NCBI GenBank assembly: GCA_000432015.1
Contig: HF985534.1
Coordinates: 20,720 to 53,627, forward strand
Reading direction: 5' to 3'
Source of the DNA: Clostridium sp. CAG:1024
GTDB lineage: Bacteria; Bacillota; Clostridia; Christensenellales; CAG-138
DNA: 32,908 nt
Shown here one piece after another: positions 21,848 through 29,337 of the stretch. The notes beneath the pieces were generated by a model that did not search any database, had not been told where the DNA came from, and was given only the letters and a program-made list of their open reading frames with translations. A program made the position numbers and the translations under genes. The stretch's first letter is position 1. Every line of letters starts with the position of its first letter.

Positions 21848-21862
21848 GTTTAACGAATAGTT
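21829..21862. repeat. Perfect 34-bp palindrome (15-bp arms with 4-bp centre, or equivalently 13-8-13)
   Basis: AACTATTCGTTAAAC GCAA GTTTAACGAATAGTT has no mismatches. It lies about 115 nt upstream of the recombinase ATG. Confidence 0.95.
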
Positions 21863-21917
21863 GCAGAAATTCTGTGGCGGCGGTGCAGAATTCCGTTCTT
21901 GCAGAAAGGCTGTCGCT

Positions 21918-22118
21918 ATGACGTATTTGAAAAATCTAACCTCTGATTTACTCGGCTTGCATGGGGCGCGGAAACGCCTACAAGCGTATTCGCGTTTGGT
22001 CAATGACTGTCCACCATATCTGCGCGAGACGCTCAACAAAATTCGCGATACGTTCGCATGGATGGATGATTCGTTTGAAGCTAAGGTTCTGCACTGGACT
22101 TATGATTGTTCCTTATGA
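21918..22118 (+). CDS. Hypothetical small ORF (66 aa), apparently truncated by a 13-bp tandem duplication
   Basis: MTYLKNLTSDLLGLHGARKRLQAYSRLVNDCPPYLRETLNKIRDTFAWMDDSFEAKVLHWTYDCSL, with GAAAGG 8 nt upstream of the ATG. The stop lies in the second repeat copy. No family recognised. Confidence 0.3.
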   Translation: MTYLKNLTSDLLGLHGARKRLQAYSRLVNDCPPYLRETLNKIRDTFAWMDDSFEAKVLHWTYDCSL

Positions 22119-22125
22119 TTGTTCC
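22100..22125. repeat. Perfect tandem duplication, 2 x 13 bp (TTATGATTGTTCC)
   Basis: The copies are at 22100-22112 and 22113-22125 and are identical. A 6-bp-stem hairpin, CCTTGA gct TCAAGG, follows. Confidence 0.95.
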
Positions 22126-22250
22126 TTGAGCTTCAAGGAAATCACAGCGAATACAGGCCATATCCCAATGACCCGTTCTTCTAATTGCTCTGGCGCTTCT
22201 TTGGACAGATTTACTACGCCGTCTGGACACCGAAACGATAGCTTTCGCAT
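22113..22250 (-). CDS. Hypothetical mini-ORF (45 aa), convergent with the 21918 ORF
   Basis: It is below the track's length cut-off. My translation is MRKLSFRCPDGVVNLSKEAPEQLEERVIGIWPVFAVISLKLKEQS, with GAAAGGGG 6 nt upstream of ATG 22250. The stop TAA lies in the duplicated 13-mer. Confidence 0.25.
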   Translation of the reverse strand: MRKLSFRCPDGVVNLSKEAPEQLEERVIGIWPVFAVISLKLKEQS

Positions 22251-22308
22251 GACTTACCCCTTTCAATCGTGACATAGTGACGCATGGTACATAGGCTCCC
22301 AAACTTAA

Positions 22309-22488
22309 ACCGCGCGGGGCGGGACGCCGCGCCGCAAGGGCTGGGCGAAGCGCGCCCGAGCGGAACAGAATCGCGGCGGCACGGGGCGCGCGGAATAGCG
22401 GAACGCCGCAGCCGAGCGCCGAACGGCTGCGAGACAAGGCGTGACGCGGGGCTGGGGTTCCTCAATATCCCCGACGAATCTGCGGGAG
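22309..22488. other. Unassigned GC-rich island with multiple hairpins (candidate structured RNA or foreign/decayed DNA)
   Basis: My hand count gives 116 G+C in the 150 nt from 22311 to 22460 (~77%), against 21/50 in the 50 nt just upstream. All reading frames give Arg/Ala/Gly-rich low-complexity peptides. The stems are listed in the findings. Confidence 0.5.
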
Positions 22489-22640
22489 CATATGACAAAA
22501 CAGGGGCAATGATTAAACCATGCTTATTGGATATAAAGGCATTCTTGCGCCTTTGTCATGTACATGCCTTGGAGGTTTCGTTCTCTTCTATTTCTTCTGC
22601 GCCGCCATATTCGGGGGTTTCAGCCGCATGCGCGCGCATT

Positions 22641-22658
22641 GTCGAATAAGTCGAATAA
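22641..22658. repeat. Tandem 2 x 9 bp repeat (GTCGAATAA)
   Basis: The copies are at 22641-22649 and 22650-22658 and are identical. They lie 26 nt downstream of the rnhA stop (gene on the minus strand) and next to the 12-bp palindrome ATGCGCGCGCAT (22628-22639). Confidence 0.9.
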
Positions 22659-22683
22659 TAAGATATATCTGCGTCCCGCGCTC

Positions 22684-23139
22684 TCATGCACGCTTCTGGT
22701 GCGCTTGATTCTTCCGGATCATGGCCGTCGCCAGCTCATCACAGCGATTGTTATACGAATTATCTGCATGCCCTTTCACCTTATGAAACCGCACCTGATG
22801 CTTTTGCGTAAGTGCAAAAAGGCGTTTCCATAAATCTTGGTTTTCCACGTCGCGTTTTGTCGAAGTTTTCCACCCGTTCGCACGCCAATTCTGGATCCAC
22901 CTCTTATCAAACGCATTGAATACATATGCGCTATCTGTATAGATTTCCACGCTGCAAGCCTCTTTCAACGCTTCCAGCCCACGGATAGCGGCTGTAATCT
23001 CCATACGATTGTTCGTCGTCTGCGGTTCATACCCGGAAAGCTCTTTCGTATGCTGTTGATACATCAGAACGGCACCCCATCCGCCGGGACCGGGATTGCC
23101 CGAGCAGGCGCCATCCGTATACAGTATAACCTCTTTCAT
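22684..23139 (-). CDS. rnhA: Ribonuclease HI
   Basis: The track ORF is 22684..23196. I chose ATG 23139 (MKEVILYTDGACSGNPGPGGWGAVL...), which avoids overlap with proC. It shows the DGAC...GNPGPGG, NNRMEI and HADN..N..CDELA pattern of RNase HI. Confidence 0.9.
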   Translation of the reverse strand: MKEVILYTDGACSGNPGPGGWGAVLMYQQHTKELSGYEPQTTNNRMEITAAIRGLEALKEACSVEIYTDSAYVFNAFDKRWIQNWRANGWKTSTKRDVENQDLWKRLFALTQKHQVRFHKVKGHADNSYNNRCDELATAMIRKNQAHQKRA

Positions 23140-23168
23140 TGTCTTGTAATCTCTGATTATGCCCCTGC

Positions 23169-23963
23169 TCACATACTCTTGGATTTCCGTACACATGCAT
23201 CCACAGCCTTCAAGACAGCGTTTCGCAGGCCGAATTCCTCAAGTGCAGCAACCGCCTCGATCGTTGTACCTCCGGGGGAACATACTTTGTCTTTCAAAAC
23301 AGCGGGCGCCTCCCCCGTCTCCAGCACCAGCTTGGCGGAGCCATATACCGTTTGTGCCGACAGCCGGTATGCCATTGCACGCGGCAACCCCGCACGCACG
23401 CCGGCATCCGCTAACGCTTCAATAAACAAATCAACATACGCAGGGCCGCTGCCGCTGATTCCAGTAACTGCGTCCATCAGGTGCGCAGTCACGCGCTCGA
23501 CCTTTCCAACCGCCCCAAACAGACGCTCGGCAAAGTCTCTTTCCTCCTGCAGCAACGTATCTCCGTCCTCAAAAACAACCATTCCTTCACCAACGAGAGC
23601 CGGTGTGTTCGGCATTGTGCGCAAGATGCGCGTGGACTGCGGCAGCATAGACGCGAGCCGCTCCCCGCTCCTCCCGGCCACAATGGAGATTACTCCCTTT
23701 TCTACAAAGAAGTCGTATTTTTCTTCTGCCAACGTATCCAGCGAATGAGGCTTAACGGCAAGCAGAATCAGCGTCGAATTCTCAAACAGCTCGTCAATAT
23801 CAGAACACACTCGTACGCCAAACTCTCGGTGCAATGGTTCCGCTTTCTGCGGATTATGATCAAATACAAATGTTTCGTCCGCTTTCAAGACGCCCCCGCT
23901 GCACGCGCCGCGCAGGATCGCCTCCCCCATGTTCCCGATGCCGATTACACCCAGTCGCGTCAT
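23169..23963 (-). CDS. proC: Pyrroline-5-carboxylate reductase
   Basis: 264 aa. It has the N-terminal Rossmann motif LGVIGIGNMGEAI and the C-terminal block SPGGTTIEAV. Confidence 0.92.
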   Translation of the reverse strand: MTRLGVIGIGNMGEAILRGACSGGVLKADETFVFDHNPQKAEPLHREFGVRVCSDIDELFENSTLILLAVKPHSLDTLAEEKYDFFVEKGVISIVAGRSGERLASMLPQSTRILRTMPNTPALVGEGMVVFEDGDTLLQEERDFAERLFGAVGKVERVTAHLMDAVTGISGSGPAYVDLFIEALADAGVRAGLPRAMAYRLSAQTVYGSAKLVLETGEAPAVLKDKVCSPGGTTIEAVAALEEFGLRNAVLKAVDACVRKSKSM

Positions 23964-24036
23964 ATCAATTAGCCTCCAGTAAAATCATCATAGTCACCGT
24001 GAAATCAGTGCGTAGATAGTCCGCACTTATAATACA

Positions 24037-24065
24037 ATTGTATTTCCAATCCGAATAATTGTCAA
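24037..24065 (-). promoter_or_regulatory. Putative sigma-A promoter for proC-rnhA
   Basis: The minus strand reads TTGACA (24065-24060), a 17-nt spacer, then TACAAT (24042-24037). The -10 sits in the 12-bp palindrome ATACAATTGTAT. Confidence 0.5.
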
Positions 24066-24118
24066 ACCGTCAGATCATTTACGCAGCCGGAACTTAGTTC
24101 TTCAATACTTATATAGTG

Positions 24119-24147
24119 TTGACAACACCCTGCATTGATTCTACAAT
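24119..24147 (+). promoter_or_regulatory. Putative sigma-A promoter for the deacetylase gene
   Basis: TTGACA (24119-24124), a 17-nt spacer, then TACAAT (24142-24147). Confidence 0.55.
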
Positions 24148-24177
24148 TTAATTATGTATGCGTCCCATCGAGGTGTT

Positions 24178-25242
24178 ATGGAAAAACGATATTCTAGCAA
24201 TCGAGCTAATAATAACTCTCGTCAATATGCACGAAATGAGCGCCGCCGCAAAAAGAAAATGCGCCGGATTGTTTTGATTTGCATACTGTTTGTCCTTGCA
24301 AGTGTCACGCTTGCTTTGCTGGTATATGCGGAATCGCCCGCCCTGCTTCGCAAGCCTGTGTCCAGTACTGCCGCAAATACAACGCAGCCGCAAAGCACAG
24401 AGAATCTAGCATCGCCGCCGCCTTTTACACCGGAACCAGCCACTCAAGCTGCTTCACCCACTCCCACCATTGATGAGGACTGGTATAGGGAGCGCTGTGA
24501 CCAATTATACCATTACCTTGACATGTACGGAAACTTTGAGAACCCCGAAGATATCGCACAAAAGCTGTCCTCTTGGCAAATTGATAAGAATCGCAAGATG
24601 GTCGCGCTTACCTTTGATGACGGCCCTTCTCCAACGTATACGGCAATGGTGCTGGATATTTTGGAGCGCTATAATGTCCGTGCAACGTTTTTCATACAAG
24701 GATCGCATATCAGCGGAAACGAGGAGCTCTTGCAGCGTGCTCTTGCCCTTGGCTGTGAGATCGGCAATCATACGATGAATCATGAGGATTTGGAAGAGAT
24801 CTCCGATGATGAAATGCGGAATGCCGTTTCCTCTGTGAATGACTTGATGCAGGAGAAGTTTGGTTATACGCTCACGCTGCTTCGACCGCCGTACATTTCC
24901 TTTGGCAAAAAGGGCAGCGAAAAACGTGCGGCATTCGTTCAAATGCTAAAGGACTTTGATATGGCATGTATCAATCATACCCGTAGTTCGCATGATACTT
25001 ACGCCGATTACACCGCCGAGATGATCTCGGAACGGATGCTGCAATCCAAAGACGAGCTCGGTCATGGAATTGATAACTCGATTTATTTGTTTCATGACAA
25101 GTCACAGAAGACTGTCGATGCACTGCCTCGCATCATCGAGGGTTTGCTGGCGGATGAATATCAGTTGGTAACGGTCTCCGAATTGTTAAATTGCTCGGAG
25201 GAAGGCCTGCATTCTGGATGGATCTATTCAAAGGCCGATTAA
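24178..25242 (+). CDS. Polysaccharide deacetylase (NodB/CE4 domain) with N-terminal membrane anchor and Pro/Thr-rich linker
   Basis: CE4 motifs are TFDDGP, GNHTMNH and LLRPPY. The start is uncertain. ATG 24178 follows GAGGTG, while the track start ATG 24154 lies 6 nt after the predicted -10, which would imply a leaderless transcript. Confidence 0.85.
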   Translation: MEKRYSSNRANNNSRQYARNERRRKKKMRRIVLICILFVLASVTLALLVYAESPALLRKPVSSTAANTTQPQSTENLASPPPFTPEPATQAASPTPTIDEDWYRERCDQLYHYLDMYGNFENPEDIAQKLSSWQIDKNRKMVALTFDDGPSPTYTAMVLDILERYNVRATFFIQGSHISGNEELLQRALALGCEIGNHTMNHEDLEEISDDEMRNAVSSVNDLMQEKFGYTLTLLRPPYISFGKKGSEKRAAFVQMLKDFDMACINHTRSSHDTYADYTAEMISERMLQSKDELGHGIDNSIYLFHDKSQKTVDALPRIIEGLLADEYQLVTVSELLNCSEEGLHSGWIYSKAD

Positions 25243-25261
25243 TGAAGTCAGATAACGGGCG

Positions 25262-26334
25262 TGTTTTGATTGGGCAGGCCGGTTCGTTCGTGCACTTGCT
25301 CGCCCTCCCCCTGCTCCCTCTGCCCTGAAACGCCCGCAAACTGCATCACCAATGCCGGTCAATTACCGGATCCGGTACCGTTTTATCCTGCACCACACAT
25401 CCCGTGTATTTTAGAATACATTCTCCACTTCTCCTTTTTCAGTATCGACCTCTTGCCGGAAAACATCAGGACAAAGGTCTGCAAACCAATAGGGACATGA
25501 AGCCCCCGCTGCCGGTACAGGTTTTAGGCGCTATCACCAACATTGTTTTGGATCCTCTGCTCATTTTCGGCTTGTTGGGACTGCCAAAAAATAGGAATAA
25601 CAGGGGCAGCGATTGCAACCGTCACCGGGTAAACGGTCGCCGCTGCTGTAGCAGCAAAACCCGGTTTCCGCCATCTTCCCGAAATAAAGTTCAAAGCCGG
25701 ACACATCGCGAAAATATATCAGCCGGGTGTGCCGAATATTATCATGCAGTCCGCGTACACTTTCTGCATATTCGGCCTGACTATGATCCTTACCGGTTTT
25801 TCCGATCGGGCCGTTACTGTGTTAGGTCTATTGTAAATGGCAAACATTTTTCTTCATTCTCCTTGGCGCGCATCGTCCCTATCATCAGCAGCTTCAGCTA
25901 TGAGGCCAGCGACCTTGAACACTGCAACGAAACGCTGTCGGATGCGTTCCGCTTCGACCTTGTTTTGATAGCAGTCGGAACGCTATGCTTTGTAACCATA
26001 CCCGCTCCGGTGCTGCATGTATTCGTCTCGGACGAACGTGTTGTTGAAGTCGGTCAAATTGGCTTCCGCTTTATCGGTGTCAGTTTCCTGCCGATGGTCA
26101 CAACGCTCATCTTTCCAGTCTATTTTCTTTCCAGTCTATTTTCAAGCCGCAGGGGCAGATTAGCAGAGTTCCCTGCTCTTGTTCATTCATGCGGTCGTTC
26201 TATTCGTCCCGCTTGGTTACCTTTTCTCACGGTTTGGACTGAACTGGTTCCGGCTCACTTTTCCGGTCACTGAATTGCTCGCAAGCTGCGTTGGTTTGTT
26301 ATTATATCGCCGCTTTCTCACAAAAGACCGCTGA
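25262..26334 (+). pseudogene. Decayed MATE-family efflux transporter gene (5'-truncated, frameshifts and in-frame stops)
   Basis: The track ORF 25404..26273 holds MATE-like blocks such as VQVLGAITNIVLDPLLIFGLLGLP. Continuity needs frame changes. My translations of the other frames give KIGITGAAIATVTG*, NIIMQSAYTFCIFGLTMILTGFSDRAVTVLGL and FQAAGAD*QSSLLLFIHAVVLFVPLGYLFSRFGLNWFRLTFPVTELLASCVGLLLYRRFLTKDR*, with the final TGA at 26332-26334. Roughly the first 100 codons of a typical pump are missing. The 5' boundary is approximate. Confidence 0.7.
26111..26142. repeat. Perfect tandem duplication, 2 x 16 bp (CTTTCCAGTCTATTTT) inside the MATE pseudogene
   Basis: The copies are at 26111-26126 and 26127-26142 and are identical. 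Sixteen is not a multiple of 3, so the duplication shifts the frame. Confidence 0.95.
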
Positions 26335-26380
26335 TACTATTCGCTCGCAGACAGCCTATTCAATATTTTTCAGACACATT

Positions 26381-26420
26381 CGTCCGCTTCTTCTCGGGCG
26401 GATGCGTCTATTTTAATTTT
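26381..26420 (+). terminator. Probable terminator after the MATE pseudogene
   Basis: The stem CGTCCGC (26381-26387) pairs with GCGGATG (26398-26404), with one G-U pair, and is followed by the T-rich CGTCTATTTTAATTTT. Confidence 0.4.
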
Positions 26421-26476
26421 CGCTGCTTTCTCTGGAAAACCTTCCCGTCTGCTTCGTGCGCGCGTCTCCGTCGAAT

Positions 26477-26511
26477 AAAAAAATTCTCACGCTTACAATA
26501 CAGCGTGAGAA
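26477..26511 (-). terminator. Rho-independent terminator downstream of tRNA-Trp
   Basis: The minus strand reads TTCTCACGC (10-nt loop) GCGTGAGAA followed by TTTTTTT. The 9-bp stem occupies 26484-26492 and 26503-26511, and the A-run on the plus strand is 26477-26483. Confidence 0.8.
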
Positions 26512-26517
26512 CGAATC

Positions 26518-26591
26518 TGGCAGGGGCAGAAGGACTCGAACCCTCAAGAACGGTTTTGGAGACCGCTATGTTACCATTACATCATGCCCCT
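26518..26591 (-). tRNA. trnW: tRNA-Trp (anticodon CCA), CCA end encoded
   Basis: The reverse complement is AGGGGCA TG ATGT AATGGTA ACAT A GCGGT CTCCAAA ACCGT TCTT GAGGG TTCGAGT CCTTC TGCCCCT G CCA. It folds by hand into a 74-nt cloverleaf with a 7-bp acceptor stem, a T-loop TTCGAGT and anticodon loop CT-CCA-AA. Confidence 0.9.
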
Positions 26592-26632
26592 AAAAGCCAA
26601 TGAAAATATTATACCACTCGCGTTTTGTGCTG

Positions 26633-27559
26633 TCAAACAAATTGTAGCATATAACCGTATAAATTTTGGAACATCACCTTTTCCACCTCGGATTCAGACA
26701 ACCCGCTTTCAAGCAAAGCGTCCGCAAGCGTCGGAAAATCTCGGCTCGTCCTGAGATCCACGGGATATCGCCCCATCCCATCAAAATCAGAACCGATCGC
26801 GCAGCAATCTATTCCGCCCACATCGATAATATGCTGAATATGCGAGACAATATTGCTAATAGCAGCAGTGTGCCCTTTACATAACTGTTTATAATAGAAA
26901 TTCACCCCGACCGTGCCGCCGCGTCTTGAGATCTCACGGATATGATCGTCTGCCAAAGACCTTGGCGAGGCATAGACCGCCCTTGCATTGGAATGCGATG
27001 CAAACACCGGCGCATCGCAGCGTTCCAAAACATCATCGATCGCGTGATCAGACAAATGGGAAACGTCAATTGCAATACCCAGATCGCACATTTCGTCAAT
27101 GATCTCGCATCCCAAAGGCGTTAGCCCTTTGTTGCCTCGTGCAAGAGCTGCGCCGCCGAGCTCGTTATTATCATTCCATGTAAGCGTCATCGCGCGCACG
27201 CCCAGGCGGTAGAGCGTTCGCAGCATTGCATGGCTTCCTTCAATGGCCTCGCCCCCTTCGACCGTGAGCACTGTTGCGATCTTTCCGCAAGTCGGATCAA
27301 AATCTTTCGTCAATGGCGTAAGCTCTTCGTTAGAATCAAGCATACGTTCATATGCGTCTATCATGGCAAGGCACTGGTGCAGCGGTGGGACACGAAGCGC
27401 CATATCGGTCCAAGCGGCAAACAGCTGGAGCGCCACCCCGCCCTCTTGCATGTCACGCAGGCGAATGGCTTGATCTGCTTTCGGCTTTCTCAGGTCATAA
27501 CCGCGCTCAACCATGCCGTACAAGAAATCGCAGTGCCCATCCGCAACATGAAACCGCAT
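26633..27559 (-). CDS. Membrane dipeptidase, peptidase family M19
   Basis: The track ORF starts at 27595. I chose ATG 27559 (MRFHVADGHCDFLYG...) because GGGGAGA lies upstream. It shows the DGHCD metal-ligand motif, HLSDHAIDDVL and SDFDG. Confidence 0.88.
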   Translation of the reverse strand: MRFHVADGHCDFLYGMVERGYDLRKPKADQAIRLRDMQEGGVALQLFAAWTDMALRVPPLHQCLAMIDAYERMLDSNEELTPLTKDFDPTCGKIATVLTVEGGEAIEGSHAMLRTLYRLGVRAMTLTWNDNNELGGAALARGNKGLTPLGCEIIDEMCDLGIAIDVSHLSDHAIDDVLERCDAPVFASHSNARAVYASPRSLADDHIREISRRGGTVGVNFYYKQLCKGHTAAISNIVSHIQHIIDVGGIDCCAIGSDFDGMGRYPVDLRTSRDFPTLADALLESGLSESEVEKVMFQNLYGYMLQFV

Positions 27560-27574
27560 AACCTCGTCTCCCCT

Positions 27575-27609
27575 CTCAAGGAAAAGGATATGCAAAACGC
27601 ATATCCTTT
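27575..27609 (-). terminator. Hairpin/partial terminator between rny and the dipeptidase gene
   Basis: A perfect 11-bp stem, AAAGGATATGC (27583-27593) with GCATATCCTTT (27599-27609), has a 5-nt loop. On the minus strand it is followed by TCCTTG, so the U-tract is weak. Confidence 0.5.
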
Positions 27610-27633
27610 ATCAATTCAATCCTTCATTGAGCT

Positions 27634-29175
27634 TTATTTCGCATAATCTACCGTGCGCGTCTCACGAATCACATTGACCTTGATCTGACCGGGATACTCC
27701 AATTCGGATTCGATCCGTTTGGCAACATCCTTGGCCAAAATAACCGTGTCGGTATCGCTGACGCGGTCGGGCTTAACAATGATACGCACCTCACGGCCCG
27801 CCTGAATTGCAAACGATGTGTCAACGCCCTCAAACGAATTTGCGATCTCTTCCAGTTTCTCCAACCGTTTGATATAAGTCTCAAGCGTCTCGCGACGGGC
27901 GCCAGGACGGGCAGCAGAGATTGCATCCGCAGCCTGAACGAGTACAGCCTCCACGGTCGTCGGATCAACATCGCCATGGTGCGCCATAATTGCATGAACG
28001 ACCTGATTGTTCTCGCGGAACTTCTTTGCAAGGTCAGCGCCGATCTGCGCATGCGAGCCCTCGACTTCATGATCGATCGATTTTCCGATATCGTGCAGAA
28101 GTCCCGCTCTCTTTGCAAGTGCAACGTTTGCACCGATTTCTGCAGCCATCATACCCGCGAGGTGTGCAACTTCTATGGAATGATTCAAAACATTCTGGCC
28201 ATAACTCGTGCGATAACGCATTCTGCCAAGATAACGAACCAGTTCATGATGCAAGCCATGGATACCGGTGTTGAGAACGGCCTGTTCTCCGGCTTCCCGG
28301 ATCTGCGCATCGACTTCTTTTTTCGCCTTCTCGACCATTTCCTCAATGCGCGCAGGATGGATGCGTCCATCCAAAATGAGTTTTTCGAGTGCGATTCTTG
28401 CGATTTCACGGCGAACCGGATCAAAACCGGACAGGATCACGGCCTCCGGTGTATCATCGATGATGAGATCGATGCCGGTCGCCGTTTCGAGAGCACGGAT
28501 GTTTCTGCCTTCGCGGCCGATAATACGTCCCTTCATTTCATCGTTCGGCAGCGGAACAACGGAAACCGTTGTTTCTGCAACCTGATCTGCGGCGCAGCGC
28601 TGGATCGCGAGAGAAATGATATTGCGGGCGCGCTTATCCGCCTCTTCCTTTGTCTTTGCCTCGATATCACGCAAAAGCAGCGCCATATCGTGCCGTGCTT
28701 CGCGCTCAACATTTTCGAGCAGCATTTCTTTTGCAGCATCCATGGACATGCCGGAGATCGTTTCCAATTCGGTCATCTGCTTGGCATGGAGCTCCGCAAT
28801 GTCGGCCTGCATACGATCAACATCCGCTTCTTTGTCTGCCAGCGCTTTTTCGCGCTGCTCAATCCCGTCAAGCTTCTTCTCGATCGACTCTTCGCGTTGG
28901 AACAGGCGTCGTTCCGTGCGCTGAAGCTCGCTGCGCCGTTCACGATTTTCCTTTTCGGCTTCTGTACGAACTTTGAAAACTTCTTCCTTCGCCTCAAGGA
29001 TCATTTCTTTTTTGATTTCAGATGCCTTGGTACGTGCGTCTTCGTAAAGCTTTTTGACGGCGTCCTCAGCCTTTGCCACCTTTGCCTCGGCAACATTTTT
29101 TCTGTACATGTAGCCGACCAAAAGACAAATCGCTGATGCTGCAACAATCAGCGCTATTGCAATCCAAACATTCAT
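27634..29175 (-). CDS. rny: Ribonuclease Y
   Basis: The track ORF starts at 29217. I chose ATG 29175 ([20 protein letters not shown]...) because GGAGA lies 8 nt upstream. It has an N-terminal TM helix, a coiled coil, a KH domain ([23 protein letters not shown]) and an HD domain ([10 protein letters not shown]...LLHDIGK). Confidence 0.95.
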   Translation of the reverse strand: MNVWIAIALIVAASAICLLVGYMYRKNVAEAKVAKAEDAVKKLYEDARTKASEIKKEMILEAKEEVFKVRTEAEKENRERRSELQRTERRLFQREESIEKKLDGIEQREKALADKEADVDRMQADIAELHAKQMTELETISGMSMDAAKEMLLENVEREARHDMALLLRDIEAKTKEEADKRARNIISLAIQRCAADQVAETTVSVVPLPNDEMKGRIIGREGRNIRALETATGIDLIIDDTPEAVILSGFDPVRREIARIALEKLILDGRIHPARIEEMVEKAKKEVDAQIREAGEQAVLNTGIHGLHHELVRYLGRMRYRTSYGQNVLNHSIEVAHLAGMMAAEIGANVALAKRAGLLHDIGKSIDHEVEGSHAQIGADLAKKFRENNQVVHAIMAHHGDVDPTTVEAVLVQAADAISAARPGARRETLETYIKRLEKLEEIANSFEGVDTSFAIQAGREVRIIVKPDRVSDTDTVILAKDVAKRIESELEYPGQIKVNVIRETRTVDYAK

Positions 29176-29337
29176 TAGGTTATCTCCAGTCATCTCTATA
29201 GTAATATAACCGAGCATCCCTGCCCGGTTATTTATGCAACGGCCTACATCATAGCAAACAAAACAACAATCTATAATGAAACACCTAACAACAGTAGTGC
29301 AGGATTACTCTTATTGATTATATCGCGCCATCTGTTT

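Noticed and set aside
22309-22488. GC-rich island as tmRNA, RNase P RNA, SRP RNA or a tRNA
   Set aside because: I looked for signature strings and found none in the right form or context. These were GGAAAGTCCGGGC for RNase P, a tRNA-like GGTTCGAATCC...ACCA end for tmRNA, and the GGAA-tetraloop GCAGCC domain IV arrangement for SRP. I found only short chance resemblances (ACAGAAT, GCAGCC). The identity stays unassigned.
22081-22649. ORFs 22081..22437(-), 22214..22498(-) and 22284..22649(+) across the GC island
   Set aside because: They overlap one another and give Arg/Ala/Gly/Pro-rich peptides, as expected from any frame of ~77% GC DNA. None has an RBS or a motif.
22837-23748. 303-aa ORF on the plus strand
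   Set aside because: It is antisense to rnhA and proC. It is Ser/Pro/Ala-rich and carries no motifs. Both minus-strand genes have clear family signatures.
27976-29136. 386-aa ORF on the plus strand
   Set aside because: It is antisense to rny, which has clear TM, KH and HD domains. I see no recognisable motifs, so I treat it as a shadow ORF.
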